64,000 nt of DNA from Azolla caroliniana (lineage: Eukaryota; Plantae; Polypodiophyta), in assembly GCA_043228905.1 (NCBI GenBank), contig JBHGNT010000007.1:19158001-19222000 (forward strand), given 5' to 3'. A program made the position numbers and the translations under genes. Within the stretch, counting starts at the first letter, position 1. Every line of letters begins with the position of its first letter. This document shows positions 24,946 to 36,347 of the stretch, piece by piece. The notes under the pieces were generated by a model, which was not told the DNA's origin, did not search any database, and saw only the letters and a program-made list of their open reading frames with translations.

Positions 24946-25237
24946 GAAGAGTTTGTATCTCTATTGTAACCGCCGCCTGTGGCGAAGACAGTGAACAAGA
25001 GGTCGTCGCCTCTGCGTTCATCTATTGTATATTGTTACATAGTGATAGTTAGCAGTCAGGGGACTATCGTGGTTTTTTCCCTAGTTTGGGTTTTTCCACG
25101 TAAACATCTTGTGTACTCTTCTCTCCATTGTGTCGTGCATTCATTCCCGTTTTTCTGTGTTTGATTCTAAGCTTGGTTGTGGCCGAGCATTGTACTCTTC
25201 GGTTGTAGCCAGAGACTATTCCACGTATTTTCTTACA
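24507..25237 (+). repeat. Copia 3' LTR (4 copies of the 40-bp repeat, long GA tract)
   Basis: Aligns with 19769-20426. Confidence 0.95.
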
Positions 25238-26260
25238 AGATCACACATGCTTACCTAATAAGAGCCACAACCACACTAACATAGGATCAACATAAGTCAA
25301 GCCTTCTTAATAATAAGGTTGGGATCCTTCTTATATAAGTAGAAACCCTAGGCCCTAATGTGTTCACACTTACCTACTTTATCTCGAGTTATCAAGTGGT
25401 AACACACATAATAGTTATCTCACAATAGAATTGAATATTACAATTCATACCCTCACTCCTTTTAGAATTAACCCCATGTACTCATCATAAGATTAAGGAA
25501 AACTTTGAAAACCCATCTCATGATAAGTTATAGTTATGCACATAACATACTCCCCCACTTTAAAAGTTCAACATGATAAGAGGTAGATCAGAATTTAACT
25601 CTCTCAATATCATAAAAACATTTATTCAAATATGATAAGACCTCGTAATGTGTTTTTAGTTAACACTAATGGTGTAAATGTGATGAGGCCATAAGCAGCA
25701 ATTAGAGTTTATTTGGGTATTTTAATGTGTCCCTAATGTGTTTAGATATAAATATGTGTGATTTTACGTGTAAGAGTAAGTGTGTGAATGTGTGTATGTT
25801 TGCATATAAATATATATTGAATTTGTAAATTTGTAGTTTGGGTATGGGAGGCTTAAAAGGTGTGAAGCCTAGGCTCAGATAATTAATGTTTACCTTGGCC
25901 AAGATTCAAGTAGCCAAATTGGCTTGTGTAACATAAGCAACGAGGAGACCCAACATTGACCTCTACATCAAGCAACACGTGGTGTTACAACTCTTCATAA
26001 TGTGCAACAACTTTGCTCGCACAACGAAGAGCTCAACACAACGTTCATTAGCTTTACAAGATAGAACTCATCATGGTGAGCGCCACTCACCAAAATTCAA
26101 TGAGTTTTGTCATTTAGAGTTGCCTACAATGGAACTCTAGCATCTACAAATTATAAATTCACTTGTTATAGAGCCACAAACTTGGTTGTGAGGGTCAATA
26201 GGTTTGACAAAACACTCATGTATTCTTATTCATTCATTGTCACTAATACTCACTATAAAT

Positions 26261-27310
26261 TGATGGGTGCTGGCCTAACTCACAATAGTTGGAAGGATAA
26301 AGGCATTTCTAATGACTGGAAGGCAAATCATTGGCTCTAAATTGATGGGTGTTGGCCTAACTCGCAATAGTTGGAAGGATAAAGGCATTTCTGATGACTG
26401 GTTGAAGTCGTTTTGGAGGAGGCTATGGGCGTTCGATATGCCAGAAAAAATAAAGCTTTGGTTGTGGCTTCTTAGTCACAAAGCGGTGTCGGTGGGGGAG
26501 TGGCTTAGGTGTCGTGGTGGTGAGGCTAGATGCAAAAGTTGTGGACACCCTTTGGAATCAATTCCTCATTGTTTTTGGAATTGCAGCGAGGCTATTAACA
26601 TTTGGGGTAGAAGTCTCAGGATAGTGGCAGCATGCGGAGTGAATGGGAGAGTTGTATGGGGGTCCGTACAAGGGCTGAAGTTAACAGGGGAAGGCTGGGC
26701 TGAACAGTTAAACCCCCACGGACATGGTTTTATAGTGCAGGATGGCAAGGTGTTTCAACGAGCTGGAGTTCGACATGGCACTAACTCAGAATTTTTTGAA
26801 GAGATATGGATGATGGTGTCTTGTTTATCGGTCTGGCACATTTGGACCAACCGTTGTAAATTTGTTTTTCAACAACAAAAGATCCCTAGCGGTGAGGTAT
26901 TATTAAATATCTGGTTTGAGTTGGTATCTTGGCTGCGGGAACGATACGACTCAATTAAGGGGGAATCTGATGCAGCTGGAAGATCTCGATCAAAGTTCTT
27001 GCTAAAATGGGGTAATTCTCCTATGGTGGGCAGATCATCATCAGGGCCTCAATGGAACTACCAAGCACCCCGATGGCTGTTTCCGGTTTCCAACAGCGTC
27101 TAGGTGCTGTAAATCTGTATAGATATGGTACAAATTATTAGGTTATTGGAGTTGTTTGGATACGTTTGTTGAAAATGAGGTGGGGACTATGTCCACTTTG
27201 GTGGGAAGGCCAGAGTGAGGGCTGGTGAGAAGAACTTTGGGTGTTCTATGATGTAATTTTGTTTGCTAACTAATGCGAAGTAGTGTTTTTTTGGGAAAAA
27301 AAAAAAAAAA
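26261..27310 (+). mobile_element. 5'-truncated L1-type LINE (zf-RVT C-terminus, 3'UTR, poly-A)
   Basis: ORF 26312-27103 WRRLW...PEKIKLWLW...CKSC...ESIPHCFWNC; poly-A 27296-27310; TSD (AA)TACTCACTATAAAT at 26245-26260 and 27309-27324. Confidence 0.92.
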
Positions 27311-27748
27311 TACTCACTATAAATAATGGAACACTTGGTAAAATTCCCTTGAAAGAAAAAAAGAGTCATGAATCAAATTATCAATGCCAAAGCCAAAAAC
27401 AATATATGAATTTGAAAATGAATAAAAAGGATATTTTATATTTGATATAAAATAAGAATAAGAACAGAAGTAGAAGAATGATTTCAATTGAAGAAGTGTA
27501 TTGAATGAGAATGGGTTAACATTAAGATACCCCTATATATAGTACTTGTAATCCAATAGATCTCCCCTATATATGTATATATAGTACCTCTAATCCCAAT
27601 GCATGCTTGCCACTTGGTGACCATGCATTGGTTTCAAAGGAGGTGCTACCAACACCTATAATGCATAATGTTAGAATATGTACTATAAATATTATAAATG
27701 TATTATATAGATTATAGCTTCTTGGCTAAGGTTCATGATGTATATGGA

Positions 27749-30700
27749 CAGGGCAGGAATTTGACGGGTGTCATGCCCGTCAAAGGCCATTTTGCCCGTC
27801 AAAAACATACACCTACTAAAAATGTCCGTCAAGTGACATATAAAGTATAAAATTTTCCTTTTCATGTGAAAGGCCCCTTAAAATTATACATGTCAAATGA
27901 CATGCTAAAATTTTATTTTCTATGTCATTATTCATATATATTATATATATATACCACATATTGTCATATAAAATTTAAATATATGTACTATCATACTATC
28001 ATCTATGTAGTATCAAGATTCAATTTGACTATATAGTATGAAGTGTGTAATATACTAAATTCTAATATATATATATATATATATATTTATTTATTTATAA
28101 CACGCTTAAAATAATATCATATAAATTGTAATGATGAATCCTCAAATCAATTTAAATTTTAAACAATAACCTTGGTGCTTTATTAAATACTCTAAAAAAT
28201 ACTAGAGTGTAGACTAGTCACTCTAGGTTTGATTTTAAGTTTTCTTAAAGTAAATGTTTTACTAACCTACTTTTTTATACATACTTATTACTTATTACTT
28301 AATACTTAATACTTATTACTGTGCTTTATTAAAAAATTAGGGTTAGTAATAACTTTTTAGTATAGGAAAAAGGTGAGTACTTACTACTTACTACTTACTG
28401 TTAGGTAACAAGTTATTTTTCAACTTAAAAATGATTGATTTTATGTAGCCTTTTGTGCAGCAGGAATAGAACAAAGAAAGACATCCTTCAACCTTCAACA
28501 TTTTTTAACTACAGTTTAAAAATGTAAGTTACCATGATCATCTATCATATTATGTTCATTTAGCAAGTTATTATATTGTTTTGGTATTACCTTAATACCT
28601 CTAAAAATAAACTAAAAGTATTTCATTTCAATAAGGTTTGATTTTAAGTTTTTTTAAACTAAATGTTTTACTAACCTATTGTTTTATACATACTTATTAC
28701 GTTTTACTATGCTTTATTAAAAAATTAGGGTTAATAATAACTTATTAGTATAGGAAAAGGTGAGTACTTACTATTAGGTAGCAAGCTATTGTTCCAATTA
28801 AAAATTATTGATTCTATGTAGCCTTTTTGTGCAGTGGGAATAGAACAAAAACAGCCTTCAACCTTCAACATTTTTTAACTACATTTTAAAAATGTAAGTT
28901 ACCATGAATATCTATCATATTATGTTCATTTAACAAGTTATTATACAATATTGTTTTTGTATTACCTTAATACCTAAACAATAACTTCAATGTCTCTATT
29001 ATAGTGAAATGAAATACTTTTAGTACATTTTTAGATGTCTATTATTTAAATAATTTCAGGGGGAAAACAAAGAACCAAGCACAACAACATTCTATTAAGA
29101 CTATGTTTTGCAAGGCAACACATGTTAATGATGCTCCAAATAATGAGCACGAGGTGGTTACAAACACAAATGAGTCGAGATCTTCTTATAACAAACAAAA
29201 AAGAAAGTGGAGAAACCAATGGACTTTGCTTCACCCATGGGCATATGTGACAAAGTCCCTATTAGGTGATGATATAATCAAATGCATGTGGTGTGAAGAT
29301 GCAAGAAAGAACAATGTATTTGCGGATGGTGGATCTCAAAGCATGCAAATGTCTTCATTGAATGAACATGCAAAGTCATCCGATCATGTGATAGCAAGTG
29401 CCATGTATAATGCAAAAAGACAAAAGGAAAATGCAAATGTGAAAGGCCCAATGGATGACAAAATTTCAGAAATCATGCATTTAGAATATGAGAGGATACT
29501 TTTATGCATGAAGTTGGTTCATTTTCATGCTTGCAATGATATTCCATTAGAGAAATATGTAAAACAATGTATGTTACAAAGAGAACTTGGTACTCCAAAC
29601 GCCCCTGCCTCAAAAGAATATGGTGCTTATGCTAATGCTAAATCTGCAAGAGAATTCTTAATGGCCATTAAGAACCACACAAGGAAACTCTTGTATGATG
29701 AAATTCGTGGAAGTCCATTTTTCTCCATCTTGATTGATGAAAGCACTGATCGTACATTGGAAAAACACCTCATTATCTATGTATTGTACTTAAGTGAAGG
29801 TGGCAAAGGGGAGCCACATTGTAAATTTGCGCGACTTCTTCCGGTGGAAAATGTGAAAGCTGAAGGTATCTACAAGTCTATCAATGAATTCATTTTGGAG
29901 AGCAATTTAGATTTAAAAAAACTTGTGGCTTTTGCAAGTGATGGGGCATCATCTATGATAGGGAAGAACAATGGTGCAATTTCTAAGTTTCAATCCATGA
30001 TGCCTAATATTTTGGGAGTACATTGCATTGCACATCGTGAAGCACTTGCCATAAAAGATGCATATATAATGTCTCATGCCCATGTGTTTAGCTTCCTTGA
30101 TGTATTTGCAAATAAAGTATACTCTTGGTTGGGAAAGTCAACTAATAGACACAAGGAGCTAAAAGAGATAATGAAACGACATGGTAAGGGTGATTTGAAG
30201 GTGCTTAAAATTCACTCCATAAGATGGTTATCTCGAGGCCAAGTAATGGAGAGACTAGTTACACTTATGCCCGCAATTTTAGAACAATGGGAAAAACATG
30301 AGAAAAAATGGTACGAGTATGCTACTATATTCCAAGTGCAATTTATGTTGCACCTATTGGCAGATATTCTTGTGGAATTAAATAAATTAAATGAGCAATT
30401 CCAAAGGGAATTAATGGATGTAACTATGCTTGGTGTTCACTTGGATTTGATCCATGAGAAACTTCGAAGAAGATATTTATCGTGTGAAACATTTGGCACC
30501 GGGTCTATGTTTCTTGCAAGCTTTTTATCGAATGTGAAAGATGGCATACTCATATATATTCGATGTGATAGTGTTACTCATTCACATCCATTGAAGTTTA
30601 TACCGATTCCAAACCCAAAGGAGGTAGCAAATCGATCAAGAATAATGAGTGGTCTTGATAGTGAGAATGAAGATAATGATTCTAACTTGAATATGTTTAA

Positions 30701-31750
30701 TGGTAATGCGGAAAATGGTAGTTTGGATGAATGCATTAGAATTGGAAAAACTTTTGTCCAACATGTTATTGATGCCTTAAACAATCGTTTCCCGGATGTT
30801 ACATTTTTCAATGCTATCAAGTTGTTTAATCCATCTTCATATCCCATTGAGGAAAATGAAAGAGAGAAAAAGACAAAGGAATGGATGCACAAACTTATTG
30901 GGAAGTTTAACATTGATAGGCAAATTGTTGACATGAAAAGATGCTTCAATGAACGAGAAGATTTTGTTGGTATGCTTGTGAGAATTGCTAAAGGAAGAGG
31001 AATGCATGATGCATGGGATATTTGTTGCAAAGCACAATCTTGGTGGCAATTATTTCCGGGTATTATGCAATTGTGGCAACTATGTATGACTATTCCTATT
31101 AGTACAGCTGCATGTGAACGAGGCTTTTCACGTCAAAATATCATAAAAAATGATATTAGAAATGGTTTATCTTTGGAAACTTTAGATGCTTTGATGTTTA
31201 TATCCTTGAATGCTCAAGAGACATCAAACATTTGTTGGAGGGATATATTTAACCTTTGGTTTGAAGAGAAAGAGAGAAGGATAGTATCATTGAACAATGC
31301 TTAGTAATAAGTATGAGGAGTCCCGGTATGATAAACATTTTTTTGTGTTTTTTGGGCTTTAAGAAATATATGATGATTAAGTATTCGATTTGTATGATTA
31401 TTTGTTTGAAGCTTATTGTATCCACTTTGCAAGAATGAATTATGATTATGGATACATATATAGTTTGTACTTTGGCTTAAAAAACATTAACACTTTTTTG
31501 GTAAAAAAAAAACATTAACACGATATTTATTTTCTGTATTTCATTATCTTTGCGAGGTAGTTGTGTCTATTTGTGTACCTTCTATAGTAATAAAATGTAT
31601 AATAATGAAGCATCATATAGAGCTTTTCATTATAAGAAATTTGTATGTCAAATGACATGTTAATTTTTGCACTCTTACGTCATATGACATACATCTTTAA
31701 AAAATGCCCGTCAAAAAACTTTAAGACTAACCCGTCAAATTCAGGCCCTG
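27749..31750 (+). mobile_element. Apparently intact autonomous hAT DNA transposon (4002 bp)
   Basis: 20-bp TIRs CAGGGCAGGAATTTGACGGG / CCCGTCAAATTCAGGCCCTG (18/20); perfect 8-bp TSD TATATGGA; subterminal CCCGTCAA repeats. Confidence 0.96.
29103..31304 (+). CDS. hAT transposase, 733 aa (DUF4371/ZNF862-like with hAT dimerisation domain)
   Basis: Uninterrupted ORF; N-terminal W..W...CxxC...H...H finger; IDESTD, SDGAS, CIAH, IRW, STAACERGFS. Confidence 0.93.
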   Translation: MFCKATHVNDAPNNEHEVVTNTNESRSSYNKQKRKWRNQWTLLHPWAYVTKSLLGDDIIKCMWCEDARKNNVFADGGSQSMQMSSLNEHAKSSDHVIASAMYNAKRQKENANVKGPMDDKISEIMHLEYERILLCMKLVHFHACNDIPLEKYVKQCMLQRELGTPNAPASKEYGAYANAKSAREFLMAIKNHTRKLLYDEIRGSPFFSILIDESTDRTLEKHLIIYVLYLSEGGKGEPHCKFARLLPVENVKAEGIYKSINEFILESNLDLKKLVAFASDGASSMIGKNNGAISKFQSMMPNILGVHCIAHREALAIKDAYIMSHAHVFSFLDVFANKVYSWLGKSTNRHKELKEIMKRHGKGDLKVLKIHSIRWLSRGQVMERLVTLMPAILEQWEKHEKKWYEYATIFQVQFMLHLLADILVELNKLNEQFQRELMDVTMLGVHLDLIHEKLRRRYLSCETFGTGSMFLASFLSNVKDGILIYIRCDSVTHSHPLKFIPIPNPKEVANRSRIMSGLDSENEDNDSNLNMFNGNAENGSLDECIRIGKTFVQHVIDALNNRFPDVTFFNAIKLFNPSSYPIEENEREKKTKEWMHKLIGKFNIDRQIVDMKRCFNEREDFVGMLVRIAKGRGMHDAWDICCKAQSWWQLFPGIMQLWQLCMTIPISTAACERGFSRQNIIKNDIRNGLSLETLDALMFISLNAQETSNICWRDIFNLWFEEKERRIVSLNNA

Positions 31751-32239
31751 TATATGGAGGGGGTCATGGATTTAAGTCCTTAGCAAAATGTATGACATTT
31801 GGTATGATTATATGATAACGCTTGTTATGGAACCACAAGAATTTAGGGTCCTTGAAAAATCCCAAAACTATGTCTATTTGTTGTTTTCAACTTTGGGAGA
31901 TCCCACTTCAAACCTGCATTCTTAACTTCGAGTGTTATTAAGAACTTCCCAGTGTCCACTGTTACTAGTTAGAATATGTATTATAAATATTATAAATGTA
32001 TTGTATAGATTATAGCTTATTGGATAAGGTTCATGATATATATGGAGGGCATCATTGATTGAAGTCCTTAGCAAAGATATTTGGTATGATTATGATAACG
32101 CTTATTATGGAACCACGAGAATTTAGTTTCAAAAATCCCCCAAAACTATGTCTATTTGTTGTTTTCAACTTTGGGAGATCCCACTTCAAACACGCATTCT
32201 TAACTTTGAGTGTTATTAAGAACTTCCCAATGTCTACTC

Positions 32240-32598
32240 CGACGACTTGGTCACTGGTCGCTTACGCTTTTGGCAATAACGGAGGAACGCGCCAATGGTG
32301 ATGCAAGGAGGAAACGGCCCAAGGTGGAACTACCAACCCCCATGCAGGTTGTTTCCTACTCACCTCCCACCCTCCCTCCGTTGTAGGCTAGAGGATCATG
32401 CTCATGCTGGCCAGCGATGATTACAACTAGTTTATAGCTCTAGATACCTACTTACATCAAGTAGAAAGTAAGATAGGATGTATGTAGTCTCATATTCTTG
32501 AACTCAGTCGAGGGGTGATTCCCCGTTTTCTTGTATAGTGTTTCTGTAAAAATCTCTCCTAACTAATAGGAAAGTAGCTCTTTTTTGGGAAAAAAAAG
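32240..32598 (+). mobile_element. Short 3' fragment of a related L1
   Basis: Encodes PMVMQGGNGPRWNYQPPCRLFP (cf. PMVGRSSSGPQWNYQAPRWLFP at 27020); same tail motif plus A-run; TSD GAACTTCCCRRTGTCTACTC at 32220-32239 / 32599-32618. Confidence 0.82.
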
Positions 32599-32639
32599 GA
32601 ACTTCCCGGTGTCTACTCAACGCATTATGTGTTTGCCAT

Positions 32640-32721
32640 CGTTAAATTGTGGGTTTTCACCTTACATAGAGGTTTCCCACTAAAACTAATGAGAAGTAGC
32701 TTCTTTTTGGGAAAAAAAAAA
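32640..32721 (+). mobile_element. Third L1/SINE-type 3' tail, 5' boundary unclear
   Basis: AACTAATGAGAAGTAGCTTCTTTTTGGG(A)n. Confidence 0.55.
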
Positions 32722-35320
32722 TATTAAGTCTTAGAAAAAAATAGTACTTCTTGAACATAATTTCGCTTTGTGTGACTATGTGACACCATGAATGGAGTAG
32801 AATAATATGCATTTAAGTCAAGGAGAGTTATGAGAGAGGTGGCATTCAATACACATCTCCCATTTGTATAAAATGTTTTTGTAATACAGATAAATGCAAA
32901 CACGAATTCTGAGCTAAAAATCATTATATCCATTTTACTATGTCCACCTTTGTAATTCAATTATTACTCTCTACCAATTATTAAGTTCTCAACTCTCATT
33001 ATCTTATCTATTAAGGTAATTGTACATAAGCTATTCGTTGTCTCTTAGGGAGAACAACATTGTTGAGGTATATTTTCTAATCATAATCTTCTAAGTGTAA
33101 TTGTCTCTTCTTAAGCAAGCAAATAAGTGTATGCTATTGTTCTAACTTCCATTAATAAAGAAGTAGTCCTATGAATTCCAATTTGATACTCATGGTACAC
33201 ACCAACGGCATCTATCAGAAGTTTATTGGAGGTCAATCTTGCTTGGTGTCGGAGGCATCTCTTGCATAACACATTAGTTTACACGTATGATGGTGGTGTT
33301 GAATGGTTGACACGTGATGACAATGGTGGGCAATTAGGTTGTGTTTGGTGATTGATTTAAAACTCTACCATGTTTGGAATGGGGCACACTCTTCCTATAT
33401 ATAGATTGAGGAGGATGTCAACTGCATATTTATTACATGCCCACTTCTACAACCACTGGGATTGTTATATCCTAACTTTGGTTATCATTAATTAGGAAAA
33501 CTTTGTCACCCTTTCAATTGGGTTTTGCACACAGTGGCAAAGTTGTATCCTTTTTATTGTATAAGGTAGTGTTTGATGGCCTCAAATATTAGGATCTATG
33601 ATATTCTTAAAATATGAGAAATGTGTTTATTTTTTGTGATCTCCATGAAGTACCACAACATATATACTTACGGGTTGAAAAAGATATGGCAGTTTAGCCG
33701 TGGGAGATTTACAAGTACCTTGTTCTTTGGCAAGTTGTCTTTACATTACCTTGTCGTACAACACATTAGAGGGTTTTACCTTGACATGGGGAAGACATAG
33801 TTGGATACAAAAATAATAGATAGATCATTGACATGGAGAAGAATGTTGAGATAATGATGAAAAAGTAAATGATGTCTATGGGTTGGGTGCAACGAGCTCA
33901 GAATGCCATGCCACTACCAGATTGCGACCCCAACAAATAATTGTTGTCCATTGTTAGTTGCTTACTTTTAAAAAAATTAAGCAAATGCATGGCCCATTCG
34001 TCCACTAAAACAACCTTTTACATGTACTTTATTTTTCACTCATTGTCATGTGTGTTCGACTTATGCTACATCTTTAATCCTTACTTTCCAAATCCCCTCG
34101 AAAATCCAAATTTCAGTCATGGAATACACTTGCAAATTCTCAATGCCTACTCATGCCTTTCATTCACACTTTTCTCCTTATTTCTTCAAAAACAAGGATG
34201 ATTAAAAATTGACAACCTACACTCTTTGTTGCCCTACGTTTTTTAACAATTTACACTAACAAGATAATGAGGTTCAATATAACATTTCTTTTTGTCCGTA
34301 TGAAATAGATACTCGTATATACATTCCCAAAAGGAGGTATTGATATTATTAAGAATTTCAACTGTTATCTCCCTCATACTCATACATACATTATGCTAAA
34401 TTGTTGAGGGAAGGAATTAATCACAAATACTATTTCCTATGAAAGCTAACGGGAACATCGAAGAGCCAGGTCAATCGATTATCTATGAGGTTTGTCCTAC
34501 ATAGAACACAACATCCAATGTGCAATTTCACTGTGTTTTATGGCTTGGGCTAGCTTTTGCTCACTTATAAGCACATAGAGAGTGTCTACAAGAAAACCAC
34601 AATCACGTGATGAAATATACAAGTTCTTATCTACATCAATACACATACTTGTGGGTGTGGTTATGATTTGAAATAAAGCAAGTGTAGTGATACACTATCC
34701 ATCATGGATCGTATGGAAGATTCATGATATTTGAGTAAGGTCAATGGAGCACCTTTCTATGCTCCTCCCAATGCCACCATGTTGAATTCATGTTTGTCAT
34801 GGAAGAGGGATTTGGTCATAATGTGTACTTTAAGAACACAAAGATGCCCCAAAAGTGCATCTTATAGAGTACGGACGTTAGGTCATTGGAATCACATATG
34901 CACATATGATCACAGGTGGATACACACCGGGGTTGAACCTCTTTTTTAAAATGTAAGAGAATGAAATGACAAATGGTCAATTATTATCGAGGCGAAGAAC
35001 TGCAAACAATTAATTAGTTGGTTGTGTAAGTGTCGTGAGGTTATAACACATACAATAACTTAAAAAAACACAAGCATTGCAAGCACTGCCACGGTGGCGC
35101 AGTGGACAAGTAGAAAAGTGTAGATTGATTCGAGAAAGTGGTGACGGTTAGAAACAGTGTCTGAGCAAGCCCATGCCCCTGTTGAAACGTGAGGGCATCC
35201 GAACGCATGAGTGTGTGTCTAATGACTCGACTCTCTATAAGAACATCTGTACATATATGATCATAAATGTTTTTAACCCTTGACTTTCATGGCGGTGTCC
35301 TAAGTCCTTCTCTATGTGTG

Positions 35321-35325
<5 letters not shown>

Positions 35326-35356
<31 letters not shown>

Positions 35357-35998
35357 TGTGATTTGTATATACATATTACATATGCCACATGTATTGTTAT
35401 GTTAATTATTTGATATTATGATGTACTCTCACAGAGATTCCTTTCTACTTCACCAAAAAAGAACACAGAAATACACACACACACACTCTCTCTCTCTCTC
35501 TCTCTCACTGTACGCACACACACACTCACACCTTCTCTCTGCGTACACACACGCACACACACACACACAATCTCTCTCTGCACACACACACACATTCTCT
35601 CTCTACACACAGACACACACATATCGTACCTTCTCTCTCTCTGCACACATGTACATTCTCTCTCTCTGCACACACACACACACAATCTCTCTCTGCACAC
35701 ACACACACACACACACTCTCTCTCTCTCTCTCACTGTACGCACACACACACTCACACCTTCTCTCTGCGTACATACACGCGCACACACACACACAATCTC
35801 TCTCTGCACACACACACACATTCTCTCTCTACACACAGACACACACATCTCGTACCTTCTCTCTCTCTGCACACATGTACATTCTCTCTCTCTGCACACA
35901 CACACACACAATCTCTCTCTGCACACACACACACATTCTCTCTCTACACACACACACACATATCGTACCTTCTCTCTCTCTGCACACACACACACATA

Positions 35999-36029
<31 letters not shown>

Positions 36030-36030
36030 G
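35326..36030. repeat. Compound (CT)n/(CA)n microsatellite with ~226-bp higher-order unit
   Basis: CACTGTACGC at 35506 and 35732, with the same spacers repeated. Confidence 0.9.
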
Positions 36031-36316
36031 CTTTCTTTCTTTCTTTCTGCACACACCTACTCTATTTCATACACCCCCCTCCATCCCTCCCTCCCTCGCT
36101 CTCTCTTTCCTTCACGCACCTGCAAAACATACATACATACATACACAGGCAGGCAGGCAGGCAAGGATTCGCAGACAGACGTGGAGAGAAGGAGAGAGAG
36201 AGAGAGAGCGAGCTTGGCATTGATTCGGAATGAATTTGAACAAAGACGTTGGTGCGCACAAGAACATGGTTCTCTTCTCTCTTTCCTTACCCTTCGATCT
36301 CGACGTTTCATCACTT

Positions 36317-36347
<31 letters not shown>

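Larger units (their letters stand above)
19769..25237 (+). mobile_element. Full-length decayed Ty1/Copia (Tnt1/Tork-like)
   Basis: LTRs 19769-20426 and 24507-25237; TSD AGATC (19764-19768 / 25238-25242); mutated Met PBS TGTTATCAGAGC; PPT GAAGGGGGAG. Confidence 0.96.
19589..25558 (-). mobile_element. Older chromovirus 3' LTR plus PPT (19589-19763 and 25243-25547), split by the Copia
   Basis: Resembles the reverse complement of the B LTR (GAGGGGTACTAAACCACCTACCCACCC; CTTATATAAG..CCTAGGCCC); TGTTAG...ATAACA ends; PPT TACTCCCCCAC at 25548. Confidence 0.65.
27670..32239. repeat. ~290-bp tandem duplication; copy 1 split by the hAT, copy 2 at 31968-32239
   Basis: GTTAGAATATGTA...GAACTTCCC..TGTC present twice; copy 2 has a single TATATGGA. 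Confidence 0.85.

Noticed and set aside
35085-35165. tRNA or SINE head (TGGCGCAGTGG...GGTTAGAAAC)
   Set aside because: Weak B-box, no cloverleaf, no tail or TSD
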